Positions 18,759 to 28,415 of a stretch of 64,000 nucleotides of DNA are shown here, piece by piece. Each line of letters opens with the position of its first letter. Position 1 is the stretch's first letter. Position numbers and translations under genes: made by a program. Origin of the DNA: Lachnospiraceae bacterium (GTDB taxonomy: Bacteria; Bacillota; Clostridia; Lachnospirales; Lachnospiraceae); contig JBNMLP010000008.1 in NCBI GenBank assembly GCA_050874905.1, positions 8,392 through 72,391 on the forward strand, in the 5' to 3' direction. Below the pieces are notes generated by a model that was not told the origin of the DNA, made no database searches, and saw only the letters and a list, made by a program, of their open reading frames with translations.

Positions 18759-19625
18759 TTAATTTAAACATTGCAAAAATGCATCGACCTTCTGCGCCTC
18801 TGTCTCATACCATTTTACCTCGGAACCGTTTTTCGTGATTGAAAAACACTTGGTATAAACTTCCATCACAAAGGTGTCCCCGTCGCACCGGAAAATATAC
18901 TCCCGTTTGGAAGATCCTTCCACATCTGACGGTTTGCTCTCACTCTCTGTCCCCTTATTCTCCTGAAAAGAAAGTGCAAGCGTCCTTATTTCTTTTTCTT
19001 CTAAAAAGCGATCCTGCTCATATGCCATCTGACTTTCATATAACTGGGTTTCAAAAGAACGGCTCGGAAGCTTTGCGCTCTGCTCTGTTCCAAACGTCCC
19101 CAGTCCAAGACGCAAAGCCCCTGGCACATAATAAACCGTATCCGGGATCTCATCAAAAACCACATAGTCATCCTCATAGACCGAACACTGGCTGACAGTA
19201 TTGTCTTCATTATAGAGTGTATAGGTAAACAGGCTCGTCTGTTCCGAAAGGAACTCTTCCATACGGAACTGCGTCGCGATCGCATTGGAAAATGCTTTTT
19301 TCGCCCACTTGATCAGTGTGCGGTTATCGGAAATCTCATAGCGGCCATCCTGTGCTTTCGCAACTCTTACACGGACAAAATCACTGCGCTTGATGCGTTT
19401 TAAGCAGGCATCTCCCGATACATCCGTTTCCTGTTTTTCCGGCACAGATGCCTTCATTTTTTCATATTTTCTTTCCTGCTCTTTATACTTTGTTTCAAGA
19501 TTTTGATAGGTACCGGTAGCTTTCACCTCTTCTGCGGTAAGCTCCTTTTTCCCACATCCATTTGCAAATAAAAGCAATACGATCAGACATCCTGTGATTC
19601 CCGTGAGAATATTTTGTTTTTTCAT
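18759..19625 (-). CDS. Hypothetical lipoprotein
   Basis: MKKQ + hydrophobic stretch + FANGC lipobox; ATG 19625 behind GAGGTG. Confidence 0.6.
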   Translation of the reverse strand: MKKQNILTGITGCLIVLLLFANGCGKKELTAEEVKATGTYQNLETKYKEQERKYEKMKASVPEKQETDVSGDACLKRIKRSDFVRVRVAKAQDGRYEISDNRTLIKWAKKAFSNAIATQFRMEEFLSEQTSLFTYTLYNEDNTVSQCSVYEDDYVVFDEIPDTVYYVPGALRLGLGTFGTEQSAKLPSRSFETQLYESQMAYEQDRFLEEKEIRTLALSFQENKGTESESKPSDVEGSSKREYIFRCDGDTFVMEVYTKCFSITKNGSEVKWYETEAQKVDAFLQCLN

Positions 19626-19647
19626 AAAAACACCTCTTATTTCAGAA

Positions 19648-20319
19648 CTAACGCTCCTCTTTCGATACGATGGCATCCGCCCGTTTGAAAATGCTGTGTG
19701 CCGGCACAACTCCGCGCACGCAGGATACCGGATGAATGTTTGTGTGACAGCCGATCACTGTACCCGGATTCAGTACACTGTTGCAGCCAACCTCTACATA
19801 ATCTCCAAGCATCGCACCGAATTTTTTCAGACCGGTTGCGATCTGCTCCTCTTTTTCCTTTACTACGACCAGTGTTTTATCTGACTTCACATTGGAAGTG
19901 ATGGAGCCGGCTCCCATATGGGAATGAAATCCCAGAATCGAGTCGCCAACATAATTATAATGCGGCACCTGAACAACGTTGAATAAAATTACATTTTTCA
20001 ATTCGGTAGAATTACCTACCACGCAGTTTTCTCCTACCAGTGCATTTCCACGGATAAATGCGCACTGGCGCACTTCACTGTTCTTGCCGATGATACATGG
20101 ACCATTGATATAGGCAGAATCAAATACCGTTGCCGTTTTATGGATCCAGATGTTTTCTCCGTGCTGCTCATATTCCTCCTCTGGCAGCTTCTTTCCAAGC
20201 TCTACGATAAAATCGCCGATATGAGGAAGTACCTCCCATGGATACTCGTACTGTTCCATCAGCTCTTTTGCCATTGTCTCATTCAGATCATACATATTTT
20301 TAATCTTACATACTTCCAT
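19648..20319 (-). CDS. Left-handed beta-helix (hexapeptide repeat) protein, GlmU C-terminal-like acyltransferase
   Basis: IGKNSEVRQCAFIRGNALVGENCVVGNSTELKN, HYNYVGDSILG, KFGAMLGD. Confidence 0.8.
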   Translation of the reverse strand: MEVCKIKNMYDLNETMAKELMEQYEYPWEVLPHIGDFIVELGKKLPEEEYEQHGENIWIHKTATVFDSAYINGPCIIGKNSEVRQCAFIRGNALVGENCVVGNSTELKNVILFNVVQVPHYNYVGDSILGFHSHMGAGSITSNVKSDKTLVVVKEKEEQIATGLKKFGAMLGDYVEVGCNSVLNPGTVIGCHTNIHPVSCVRGVVPAHSIFKRADAIVSKEER

Positions 20320-20331
20320 TGTTTCATCCTC

Positions 20332-22353
20332 CTATTTCTTTTTGGTTGTTTTCTTTTTATAAAATGGAGCGCACTGGTCAAATACCGTCTTTAAGGAATA
20401 GCGGTTATTTAACTGCTTGACGCGTACCGTCCGGTCGGAAATGTAACGATCCAGTTTTGTCATATATTCGTCTGTTGTTACCGTTCCTTCTGCCACCATG
20501 CCAAGTCCTTTCTCCCAGCTTGCGGTAAGTTCCGGGTTCAGCATGGAGGAAATGGAATGATCCACCACCTCGTAGATCAGCTCTCCAAGCTGTGTCGGTG
20601 ACACGACCTGCGACTTGCGGTTTAATGCAATATACCGTTTTGTTGTCAGTTTTTTTATGATCTCTGCCCGCGTCGCACTTGTGCCAATTCCACAGCCTTT
20701 GATCTGTGACCGAAGCTCCTCATCCTCGATCAGCTTTCCCGCATTTTCCATGGCAAGGATCAGGGAACCGGAGGTATACGGTTTTGGCGGTGACGTTTCT
20801 CCCTCTTTCACAAAGAGCTTTGCAAGATCTACACTGCTTCCCTTTTTCAGCTTTGCTACCGCCTCTAAAAGCTGCCGCTGTGCTGCGACAGTATCCTCGC
20901 TTTCTTCGCCCGTCTTTTTTCTTCCATAGCTGTGTTCTGCGATTTTCAAATATCCTTCTTTGTCGAGCACACGGAAATTCGCAAAAAAGTGTTCCTGTTT
21001 CCGTTCTAATTCTACTGCTACTTTTTTGTATTCTGCCGCCGGATAAAAGATGCTCACAAAACGTCTGGCAATGATCTCGTATACCTTCTTTGCAACATCA
21101 CTGACAGAGTTTAATGCTCCGAGTCCCTGTCCGGTCGGGATGATCGCATAATGATCGGTAATCTGTTTATCATTGACATACTTGGACTTGACAAGTCCAT
21201 GATAGGCATTCTTTTCCAGAATATAGGATGCAAATGCAGCAACCGGAGCATACTGGCTCAATCCCCTTAAGTTCTTATGTATCTCCTTTGCCACGGCAGT
21301 AGAAAGAACACGCGCATCCGTTCTGGGATACGTCACAAGCTTTTTCTCATAAAGTTCCTGCACGATCGTAAGCGTCTGGTCAGGACTGATCTTAAACAAT
21401 TTTGAACAGTCATTTTGCAGCTCTGCCAGATTGTAAAGCATCGGAGGTGCTTTCTTTTCCGTCTTTTTTTCCACCTTCAAAACATTTGCCGTAAGTGGTG
21501 GTTCCTGCGACAAAAAGTCAATCAGCTCTCTGGCTGTTTCCTTTTTGACAAATCCATTTCCTTTCTCGCCATATAGCAGAGGCGTCTGATAATAGCGGCT
21601 GCCTTCCACGGCGCGCCACTCTGCCTCAAAGGTCTGCTCCAGGAAGGAAACATTGGCAAGGACACGATAAAATGGTGTCTTTTGGAATGATCGGATCTCT
21701 CTCTGCCGCCGTACGATCATTCCCAACACGCAGGTCATCACACGCCCGACAGCGATCACCACATTCCGGTCAGACTGCAGATAATCCTTTAGGGCATATC
21801 CATATTTTAATGTCAGCAGACGGGAAAAATTAATTCCCATCAGATAATCCTCTTTCGCACGCAGGTATGCAGAATCGGAAATGGAATCGTACTCCCTGAT
21901 CGGTTTTGCCTCACGGATTCCACGCAAAATTTCTTCCTCTGTCTGGGAATCGATCCACACTCTGCGCTTATCCTTCGTATCCGGAACCTCTGCCATCTGA
22001 TCCACCAGACGATAGATGTATTCTCCCTCGCGTCCGGAGTCCGTACAAACATAAATGCGGTCTACATCCTCTCTTGTCAAAACCCCTTTTACGATACGAA
22101 ACTGTTTTGCCACATCCGGAAGTACCTCATATTTCCACTCGGTCGGCAAAAAAGGCAGAGTATCCAAGCTCCACCTTTTTAATGCCGGGTCATACGCCTC
22201 CGGATAGCTCATCGTCACCAGATGCCCTACGCACCAGGTCACAATGGAATGTTCCGACTCTAAATACCCATCTTTTCGATTCATATTCTCATGCAGTGCT
22301 TTCGCAAATTCCTGTGCCACACTCGGCTTCTCTGCAATGTAAACTGATTTCAA
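20332..22353 (-). CDS. topB: DNA topoisomerase III (type IA)
   Basis: IAEKPSVA Toprim, TDSGREGE, GRVMT, TYPRTD active-site Tyr, DHYAIIPT, GIGTSATR. Confidence 0.9.
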   Translation of the reverse strand: MKSVYIAEKPSVAQEFAKALHENMNRKDGYLESEHSIVTWCVGHLVTMSYPEAYDPALKRWSLDTLPFLPTEWKYEVLPDVAKQFRIVKGVLTREDVDRIYVCTDSGREGEYIYRLVDQMAEVPDTKDKRRVWIDSQTEEEILRGIREAKPIREYDSISDSAYLRAKEDYLMGINFSRLLTLKYGYALKDYLQSDRNVVIAVGRVMTCVLGMIVRRQREIRSFQKTPFYRVLANVSFLEQTFEAEWRAVEGSRYYQTPLLYGEKGNGFVKKETARELIDFLSQEPPLTANVLKVEKKTEKKAPPMLYNLAELQNDCSKLFKISPDQTLTIVQELYEKKLVTYPRTDARVLSTAVAKEIHKNLRGLSQYAPVAAFASYILEKNAYHGLVKSKYVNDKQITDHYAIIPTGQGLGALNSVSDVAKKVYEIIARRFVSIFYPAAEYKKVAVELERKQEHFFANFRVLDKEGYLKIAEHSYGRKKTGEESEDTVAAQRQLLEAVAKLKKGSSVDLAKLFVKEGETSPPKPYTSGSLILAMENAGKLIEDEELRSQIKGCGIGTSATRAEIIKKLTTKRYIALNRKSQVVSPTQLGELIYEVVDHSISSMLNPELTASWEKGLGMVAEGTVTTDEYMTKLDRYISDRTVRVKQLNNRYSLKTVFDQCAPFYKKKTTKKK

Positions 22354-22369
22354 AAAATACCTCTTTCTT

Positions 22370-23227
22370 TTATGCTTCTTCTATCAGGGAACAGGCAACT
22401 GCCATAGAACCAAATCCAATATGGCATGCCACACTAAGGGAAAGCGGATTGGCAATAATGTCGTAACCCGGGAAGTTGGTCATAAGCTCCTCTTTCCAGA
22501 TAGCGGCATCTTCCTCGGAACAGGTATATGCCATCTCAAGCGCCATGTTCTTTCCTGCAAAACGTTCCGTCAGATCTTTGCGCATCGCTTCGATCATCGT
22601 CTTCTTTGCCTGTTTGAATCCACGTACCTTCGCATAGGAATCTAACTTTTCGCCCTGAATCTGCAGCACGGGTTTGATATTTAATACACTTCCGATCGCT
22701 GCGGCAGCCGGAGTCACACGACCACCCTTTTTCAGGTATTTTAAGGTATCTACAGTAATGTAAATGCTGGATTCCAGCTTGTCCTTCTCTAAGCGTTCTT
22801 TGATCTGTGCTGCGCTCTGGCCTGCCTGTGCCAATGTCATGGCATCCAGCACGGACTGCCGCTGCGTAACAGAGATCCGCTGGTTATTTACTACCTGCAC
22901 CTTTCCATCATAGTCCTCTGCCAGCATGACTGCTGTCTGGCAGGAACCACTCAAGCCGCTGGACATTGGAATATATACAATGGAATCATACTCCTTTAAT
23001 ACATTCTCCCAAAGCTCTGTCACATCCCCCGGGGATGGCTGTGAGGTACTGATATCACAATCATTCATCAGCCGTTCAAAGAATTGTTCTCTTGTCAATG
23101 TAATATCTTCCAGATAAAGCTCACCATCAATAAAGAATGGCATTGGCACAACATATACACCAAGCTCTTTCGCTTCTTTCTGTGTGATTCCACTGTTACT
23201 ATCCGTCATTACTGCAACTTTTTCCAT
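22370..23227 (-). CDS. DegV family fatty-acid-binding protein
   Basis: VMTDSNSG, STSQPSPG, MSSGLSGS, YLKKGGR. Confidence 0.92.
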   Translation of the reverse strand: MEKVAVMTDSNSGITQKEAKELGVYVVPMPFFIDGELYLEDITLTREQFFERLMNDCDISTSQPSPGDVTELWENVLKEYDSIVYIPMSSGLSGSCQTAVMLAEDYDGKVQVVNNQRISVTQRQSVLDAMTLAQAGQSAAQIKERLEKDKLESSIYITVDTLKYLKKGGRVTPAAAAIGSVLNIKPVLQIQGEKLDSYAKVRGFKQAKKTMIEAMRKDLTERFAGKNMALEMAYTCSEEDAAIWKEELMTNFPGYDIIANPLSLSVACHIGFGSMAVACSLIEEA

Positions 23228-23265
23228 TGTCTCTACACCCTATCTTTTTCTTTTTTATTTTACGA

Positions 23266-24507
23266 TTAATACTCACGGTAAAGCGGATATTTATCAGTCA
23301 AAGTCTTTACTAACACTTTCGCCTTGTCATTATCATGGTCGATCACTGCCGCTTTGATCGCATCTGCGATGACTTCCATATCCTCTTCCACCATACCTCT
23401 GGAGGTAATTGCCGGTGTACCGATACGAACACCACTTGTTACAAATGGACTCTTTGGATCATTCGGTACTGTATTTTTATTGGCTGTGATATTCACAGAA
23501 TCCAACAGCTTCTCTACTTCTTTACCGGTCAGTCCCATACGTTTGAGATCAACCAGCATCAGATGGTTATCTGTACCACCGGATACAATATCAAAACCAC
23601 GGTCGATCAGTGCCTTGCAGAGCACCTGTGCATTTTTCGCAAGCTGCTTCTGGTACTCTTTAAATTCATCAGAGAGTGCCTCTTTAAAGCAGACTGCTTT
23701 CGCAGCGATCACATGCATCAGAGGACCACCCTGAATACCAGGGAAGATCGCCTTATTAAAGTTATATTTTTCATTTACCTCATTGCTGCAAAGGATCATT
23801 CCACCACGTGGTCCACGAAGTGTTTTATGTGTGGTCGTCGTTGTCACATGTGCATATGGGATCGGACTTGGATGAAGACCTGCTGCCACCAATCCGGCGA
23901 TATGCGCCATATCCACCATAAGAACTGCGCCTACTTCATCTGCAATCTCACGGAAACGCTTATAGTCGATCGTTCTTGCATAGGCACTGGCACCTGCTAC
24001 GATCATCTTCGGTTTGCACTCCTTCGCAATGCGGAGTACCTCATCATAATCAATAAATCCTTCATCATTTACACCGTAAGGAACACAGTGATAATTCTTA
24101 CCTGACATATTAACAGGAGAACCATGTGTCAGATGTCCACCATGGTCTAAGTTCATTCCCATAAAGGTATCTCCAGGCTCAAGCACTGCAAAGAATACTG
24201 CCATATTGGCCTGTGCACCAGAATGTGGCTGTACGTTTACATACTCCGCTCCAAACAGCTTTTTGGCACGTTCTCTTGCCAGATCCTCTACGACATCCAC
24301 ATATTCACATCCGCCGTAATAACGCTTACCCGGATATCCTTCCGCATACTTATTCGTAAGTGGGCTGCCCATAGCCGCCATCACTGCTTTGCTTACCACA
24401 TTCTCTGATGCGATCAGCTCAATATGTGTATTCTGACGTTCTACCTCGTCACTGATCGCTCCTGCGATCTCCGGATCTACTGCTTTAATTTCATCGAAAC
24501 TATACAT
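23266..24507 (-). CDS. glyA: Serine hydroxymethyltransferase
   Basis: [35 protein letters not shown]. Confidence 0.98.
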   Translation of the reverse strand: MYSFDEIKAVDPEIAGAISDEVERQNTHIELIASENVVSKAVMAAMGSPLTNKYAEGYPGKRYYGGCEYVDVVEDLARERAKKLFGAEYVNVQPHSGAQANMAVFFAVLEPGDTFMGMNLDHGGHLTHGSPVNMSGKNYHCVPYGVNDEGFIDYDEVLRIAKECKPKMIVAGASAYARTIDYKRFREIADEVGAVLMVDMAHIAGLVAAGLHPSPIPYAHVTTTTTHKTLRGPRGGMILCSNEVNEKYNFNKAIFPGIQGGPLMHVIAAKAVCFKEALSDEFKEYQKQLAKNAQVLCKALIDRGFDIVSGGTDNHLMLVDLKRMGLTGKEVEKLLDSVNITANKNTVPNDPKSPFVTSGVRIGTPAITSRGMVEEDMEVIADAIKAAVIDHDNDKAKVLVKTLTDKYPLYREY

Positions 24508-24611
24508 TCTTCTGCCTCCTTCTTACTCTGCCTGTTCCGACCTCTTATGTGTCAGGACTTCTAATTATTATACCATACCCTTTCAGGGGACACAACTTGA
24601 ATTTTCTGCCT

Positions 24612-25883
24612 TTACTTTCCGCCAAGCACTGCATCAAGCATTTCAGAAAGAGGAATCATGGCATTTTTGATCTCCTCCACGGTATTGGTCTGTGCACCCG
24701 CCTCCACAAGCAGACTCCGGTCTTTGTGATGCAGATTGTAACGATAGCTGCGGACAAAGATTTTTCTTACAAAATCATCATAGCGGTCTTCTGCTGCCAT
24801 CTGAAGCTGTAAGGAAAATGCCAGATTTCCGCTCCGGTGTGGATTTGCAAGGTAGGAGATCTCCCCCTTCCCCTTGATCCGGCTCATTCCATTAAACAGC
24901 ATGATCTTTGCCGTTGGCTTTCCATCGATCATCGTGACAAAGCGGGTACCGTCTGCCACACCGTCACGATGCAGATCGATCACCACCTCAATGGAAGGAT
25001 TCTGCTGTAATATTCTGGTAATGCCCTTTTCCGCTTCATTATACGCAAGCGAACGATCCAGCTTGCCATTGATCACATCATATACTGTTTCATCATGATA
25101 AACACCATACCCTGCCGCTTCCAGCTGTTTGGCAAGCACGCGTCCCGCACCTACTACCGTATCTTCTTTTTTCCCTTTCCGGCTGTTGGCAAATGCTTCA
25201 CTGGTATGGGTATGATAGATCAAAATCTGCGGCTGCTCCTTGTTTTTTTCTATGGACAGATCTCTTTTGAGCAAAGTTTTGGCACGAATATCCTTTGCCT
25301 TTACCGGAGTCATCGAATCAATGGAATATATATGGGAAGTCAAAAAGGAAAAACTGTTAAGCTGCCGGTCTGTATATTTTTTGCTGTATGTATGATATTT
25401 TTTTGTGGTCTGCTTCTTTTGTTTTTCTTTTCTTTCTTCCTGCGTCGTTTCTGTAGCAGCCGCCATCTCCTCTGTGCTGTCCGCCGTAAGCCCCGCTCCC
25501 GTGTCATAATAGCTTTCGGGAATCTCCTGCGTCATGGCCATCGTTTCCTCTGCATTTTTATATTCTTTTTCAAAGCTTTTTCTTGTATAAACAACCCGAT
25601 CTACCGTTTCCAGCAAAATACGCTGCCAGCCGCACGCTCCAGCCGTCTTCGTAAATACCCCCGGTTGAAAAAGGGTAAGGACATGCCGGGAGACTCCTGT
25701 CATCACCTGTTCCATACGGGATTTTACCATATAGCGCCCGGAGCGATAATCGCCGTCTCTTAAAAGTTCCGCCAGACAGACTACCGCTGCCAGCAGGGCG
25801 AGGCAGAGCAACAGCCGGGAAAGCCGGCTGCCTGATATTTCTTTTTTTTCATCCCGCACATATTCGATGTCCATTTTTTTCAC
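24612..25883 (-). CDS. spoIIP: Stage II sporulation protein P
   Basis: LIYHTHTSEAF, IDLHRDG, YNLH, LLVEAGAQTN; downstream of gpr as in other endospore formers. Confidence 0.9.
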   Translation of the reverse strand: MKKMDIEYVRDEKKEISGSRLSRLLLCLALLAAVVCLAELLRDGDYRSGRYMVKSRMEQVMTGVSRHVLTLFQPGVFTKTAGACGWQRILLETVDRVVYTRKSFEKEYKNAEETMAMTQEIPESYYDTGAGLTADSTEEMAAATETTQEERKEKQKKQTTKKYHTYSKKYTDRQLNSFSFLTSHIYSIDSMTPVKAKDIRAKTLLKRDLSIEKNKEQPQILIYHTHTSEAFANSRKGKKEDTVVGAGRVLAKQLEAAGYGVYHDETVYDVINGKLDRSLAYNEAEKGITRILQQNPSIEVVIDLHRDGVADGTRFVTMIDGKPTAKIMLFNGMSRIKGKGEISYLANPHRSGNLAFSLQLQMAAEDRYDDFVRKIFVRSYRYNLHHKDRSLLVEAGAQTNTVEEIKNAMIPLSEMLDAVLGGK

Positions 25884-25894
25884 CTCATCCTATC

Positions 25895-26836
25895 TTATGC
25901 CAGCCCACCCCCGGTATATGCATTGATTCCGCGTGCAATGCAGCTGCTCATCTGCTCGATCTCCTCGTCAATGTTTTTCGGTGTGACAAACAGATCCGTA
26001 AAATAAGGCTCCATCAGATTTCTGGCAAGCGCAAACTGCTCCTCCCATGTCAGATCTTTAAGTTCTTCTTTGTCCGCATGTTCCCGCTGCTTTCGATATT
26101 CCGCCAGCGCATCACAAAGGATCGTCGGCACCGCGATCACCGTCGGCACCCCGATGGCGATCACCTTTACCCCAAGCGTCTGTTCATTCATCTCCTGGCG
26201 GTTATTTCCCACTCCGGCGCCGGGACTGATCCCGGTATCGCAAAGCTGGATCGTCCGGTTCAAACGCTCACAGCTTCTGGCGGCAAGAGCGTCGATCACC
26301 AGGATCAGATCCGGTTTCAATTCCTCTGCCACCCCCTTTACGATTTCTAACGTTTCCATTCCAGTCTGTGCCATTACACCCGGACAGATCGCACTCACCT
26401 TTTTCTGGTGAGGATTTTTAGAATACCCATACTGGATCAAATGTCTGGTTACAGCAAGCTTATCAAGCACCTGTGGGCCGAGGGCATCCGGTGTTACCTG
26501 ATGATTACCGAGGCCTACCACAAGCAGATTGTCCGCCTCTTTTCCGTACCGTGCCAACACATCCGCTATGATCTGAGCCAGCTTGTTCTCCACCGTCTTT
26601 TTCCGTCCGTGCTTCATTTCCAGCGTCACATAGTGTCCCACCGGTTTTCCGATCAGATCAGCACCTTCTTCATTTTTGATCTCAATATGCGTCTCCTCAA
26701 TGCCGTGGTAGCGGTAGCTTCTGGTCAAAACATCCACACCTGTAAGCTCCTGCCGTTTTTCCAATTCTTCTTTTAACTCTACTGCCAGATCTGTATGGCA
26801 GGAAAAGGCATATTCTTTTTCACTCTGATGTTTCAT
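25895..26836 (-). CDS. gpr: Germination protease GPR
   Basis: HTDLAVE, GLGN...TPDALGP, PGVMAQTGMET, IDALAAR, GVPTV. Confidence 0.93.
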   Translation of the reverse strand: MKHQSEKEYAFSCHTDLAVELKEELEKRQELTGVDVLTRSYRYHGIEETHIEIKNEEGADLIGKPVGHYVTLEMKHGRKKTVENKLAQIIADVLARYGKEADNLLVVGLGNHQVTPDALGPQVLDKLAVTRHLIQYGYSKNPHQKKVSAICPGVMAQTGMETLEIVKGVAEELKPDLILVIDALAARSCERLNRTIQLCDTGISPGAGVGNNRQEMNEQTLGVKVIAIGVPTVIAVPTILCDALAEYRKQREHADKEELKDLTWEEQFALARNLMEPYFTDLFVTPKNIDEEIEQMSSCIARGINAYTGGGLA

Positions 26837-26910
26837 TTTTCCCGCTCCCTTTTCTCTTTTTTTCTATCGTTTCCATTCGGAAAAAAAATATGCTTTTTTC
26901 AAAAAAATGA

Positions 26911-26939
26911 TTGACAGATTGACATTCATCTCCTATTAT
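26911..26939 (+). promoter_or_regulatory. SigA promoter of rpsT
   Basis: TTGACA-17 bp-TATTAT. Confidence 0.7.
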
Positions 26940-27049
26940 ATAAAGGTATGTTTTCGCTATATTGTCCGTGTCCAACTATAGACGAAAACAGAGTATCTAA
27001 ATTTAAGTAATATTTCAGAAAAAGAAGATTTCATTTGGAGGTGTACATC

Positions 27050-27310
27050 TTGGCTAATATCAAATCTGCTAAGAAAAGAATCTTAGTAATCGAGACTAAG
27101 ACATTACGAAACAAAACAATCAAAACAAAGATCAAAACTTTAATCAAAAAAGTGGAGACTGCTGTTGCAGAAGGAAATAAAGAACTGGCTCAGGAGAGAT
27201 TAACCGTGGCTATCTCCGAGATCGGTAAAGCTGCTTCAAAAGGTATCTACCATAAGAACAATGCAGCTCGCAAGGTTTCCAGATTAACCAGATTAGTAAA
27301 CGCTATGTAA
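27050..27310 (+). CDS. rpsT: 30S ribosomal protein S20
   Basis: ANIKSAKKR...HKNNAARKVSRL; TTG start at 27050 behind GGAGGTG. Confidence 0.98.
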   Translation: MANIKSAKKRILVIETKTLRNKTIKTKIKTLIKKVETAVAEGNKELAQERLTVAISEIGKAASKGIYHKNNAARKVSRLTRLVNAM

Positions 27311-27317
27311 TGAAAAT

Positions 27318-27348
27318 AAAGAGCCTGTGCTTTTGCACAGGCTTTTTT
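27318..27348. terminator. Bidirectional terminator rpsT/holA
   Basis: AGCCTGTGC-tttt-GCACAGGCT flanked by A and T runs. Confidence 0.85.
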
Positions 27349-27384
27349 ATTTTGCCCAACAAACCGCCAGTCACAGATTCCTTG

Positions 27385-28407
27385 TTACGGATTGGCGCAT
27401 TTACTGATCATAATATCTACTGCCATACGGTCGGTGATCCGTCCGCTTTTAAAATCCTCTTCTAACTGTACACCAAGAGCAAACAATTCTTTTAATTGTG
27501 GATATGTCAAAAGCCGGCTCATCGCTGCAATCTTTCCTACAATACCACTATAAAGCCCCATCGCTTTGGCGGTCTGCGCCGTTGTGTGCTTCAAACGCAG
27601 ATGATCCTTTACCTGCAAAGTCAGATTGATCTGACGATTGAGCATAGCAAGCACATACGCTGGTGCCATTTTGAGTGCCAGAAGATCATGATACAGCGAC
27701 AGTGCCCGGTCTGCATCCGCCTTCACCGCAGCATCTACCATATCAAAGATACGATCCTCCACCGTTCTGGTACTGATCTGCTTCACATCATCGGCCGTGA
27801 TCATAACCAGCTCCTCCTCCGGCATATCCGGTTCTCTTACATAGTCCCGCAGCTTTTCCAGTTCCTTTTCCACCAGCCCGAGATTATTGGATACCCGTCC
27901 AATAAAATAGTGAATGGTATCCCGCTCCATCTGACAGTGATTTGCAGCAAGCCAGTCCGCCACAAACCGGATCACAAATGCTTCCTTCTGCTCATTCAGA
28001 TCTGCCACATAACCATACTTGGCGCATGTCTTTTTTAATGCGCTCCTGCCATCGACCTTTTTTTCTACTAAGATCACGATCGTCGTCGGAGTAATCTCTT
28101 CTAAATATTCTTTCCACTCTTTTGGAAATTTGGCATTGATCACACAGTTTTCCACGATCACCACACGATGCTCTGCTAAAAAAGGCAGGGTCTTCGCAAA
28201 ATCGATCACTTCTTTTGCGGTGACATCCTTTCCTTCATAATAGGCATAGTTGATGGAATTGCCCTCTCCCACCAATGCATGCTTCAATTCATTTTTTAAT
28301 GTCCGGCGCAGATAATCCTCTTCTCCATGCAGCAGATATAGCTGATGAAACTGCCCGGTTTTAATATCCTTACGAATCTGTTCCATAATGTTTACTCCAT
28401 TTTCCAC
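27385..28407 (-). CDS. holA: DNA polymerase III delta subunit
   Basis: YLLHGEEDYL, TLPFLAEHRVVIVE, EDFKSGR; comEC-holA-rpsT synteny. Confidence 0.92.
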   Translation of the reverse strand: MENGVNIMEQIRKDIKTGQFHQLYLLHGEEDYLRRTLKNELKHALVGEGNSINYAYYEGKDVTAKEVIDFAKTLPFLAEHRVVIVENCVINAKFPKEWKEYLEEITPTTIVILVEKKVDGRSALKKTCAKYGYVADLNEQKEAFVIRFVADWLAANHCQMERDTIHYFIGRVSNNLGLVEKELEKLRDYVREPDMPEEELVMITADDVKQISTRTVEDRIFDMVDAAVKADADRALSLYHDLLALKMAPAYVLAMLNRQINLTLQVKDHLRLKHTTAQTAKAMGLYSGIVGKIAAMSRLLTYPQLKELFALGVQLEEDFKSGRITDRMAVDIMISKCANP

Positions 28408-28415
28408 TTCTTGTC

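Noticed and set aside
23335-24105. 256-aa plus-strand ORF
   Set aside because: Antisense shadow of codon-biased glyA
24508-24611. Possible ZMP/ZTP or glycine riboswitch upstream of glyA
   Set aside because: The leader after the TGnTATAAT promoter is only about 50 nt and lacks the conserved motifs
26866-26893. Possible SigF/SigG promoter for gpr (GCATA-N14-GGAAACGATA)
   Set aside because: Fits known gpr regulation, but spacing is 1 bp off consensus in AT-rich DNA; too weak to list
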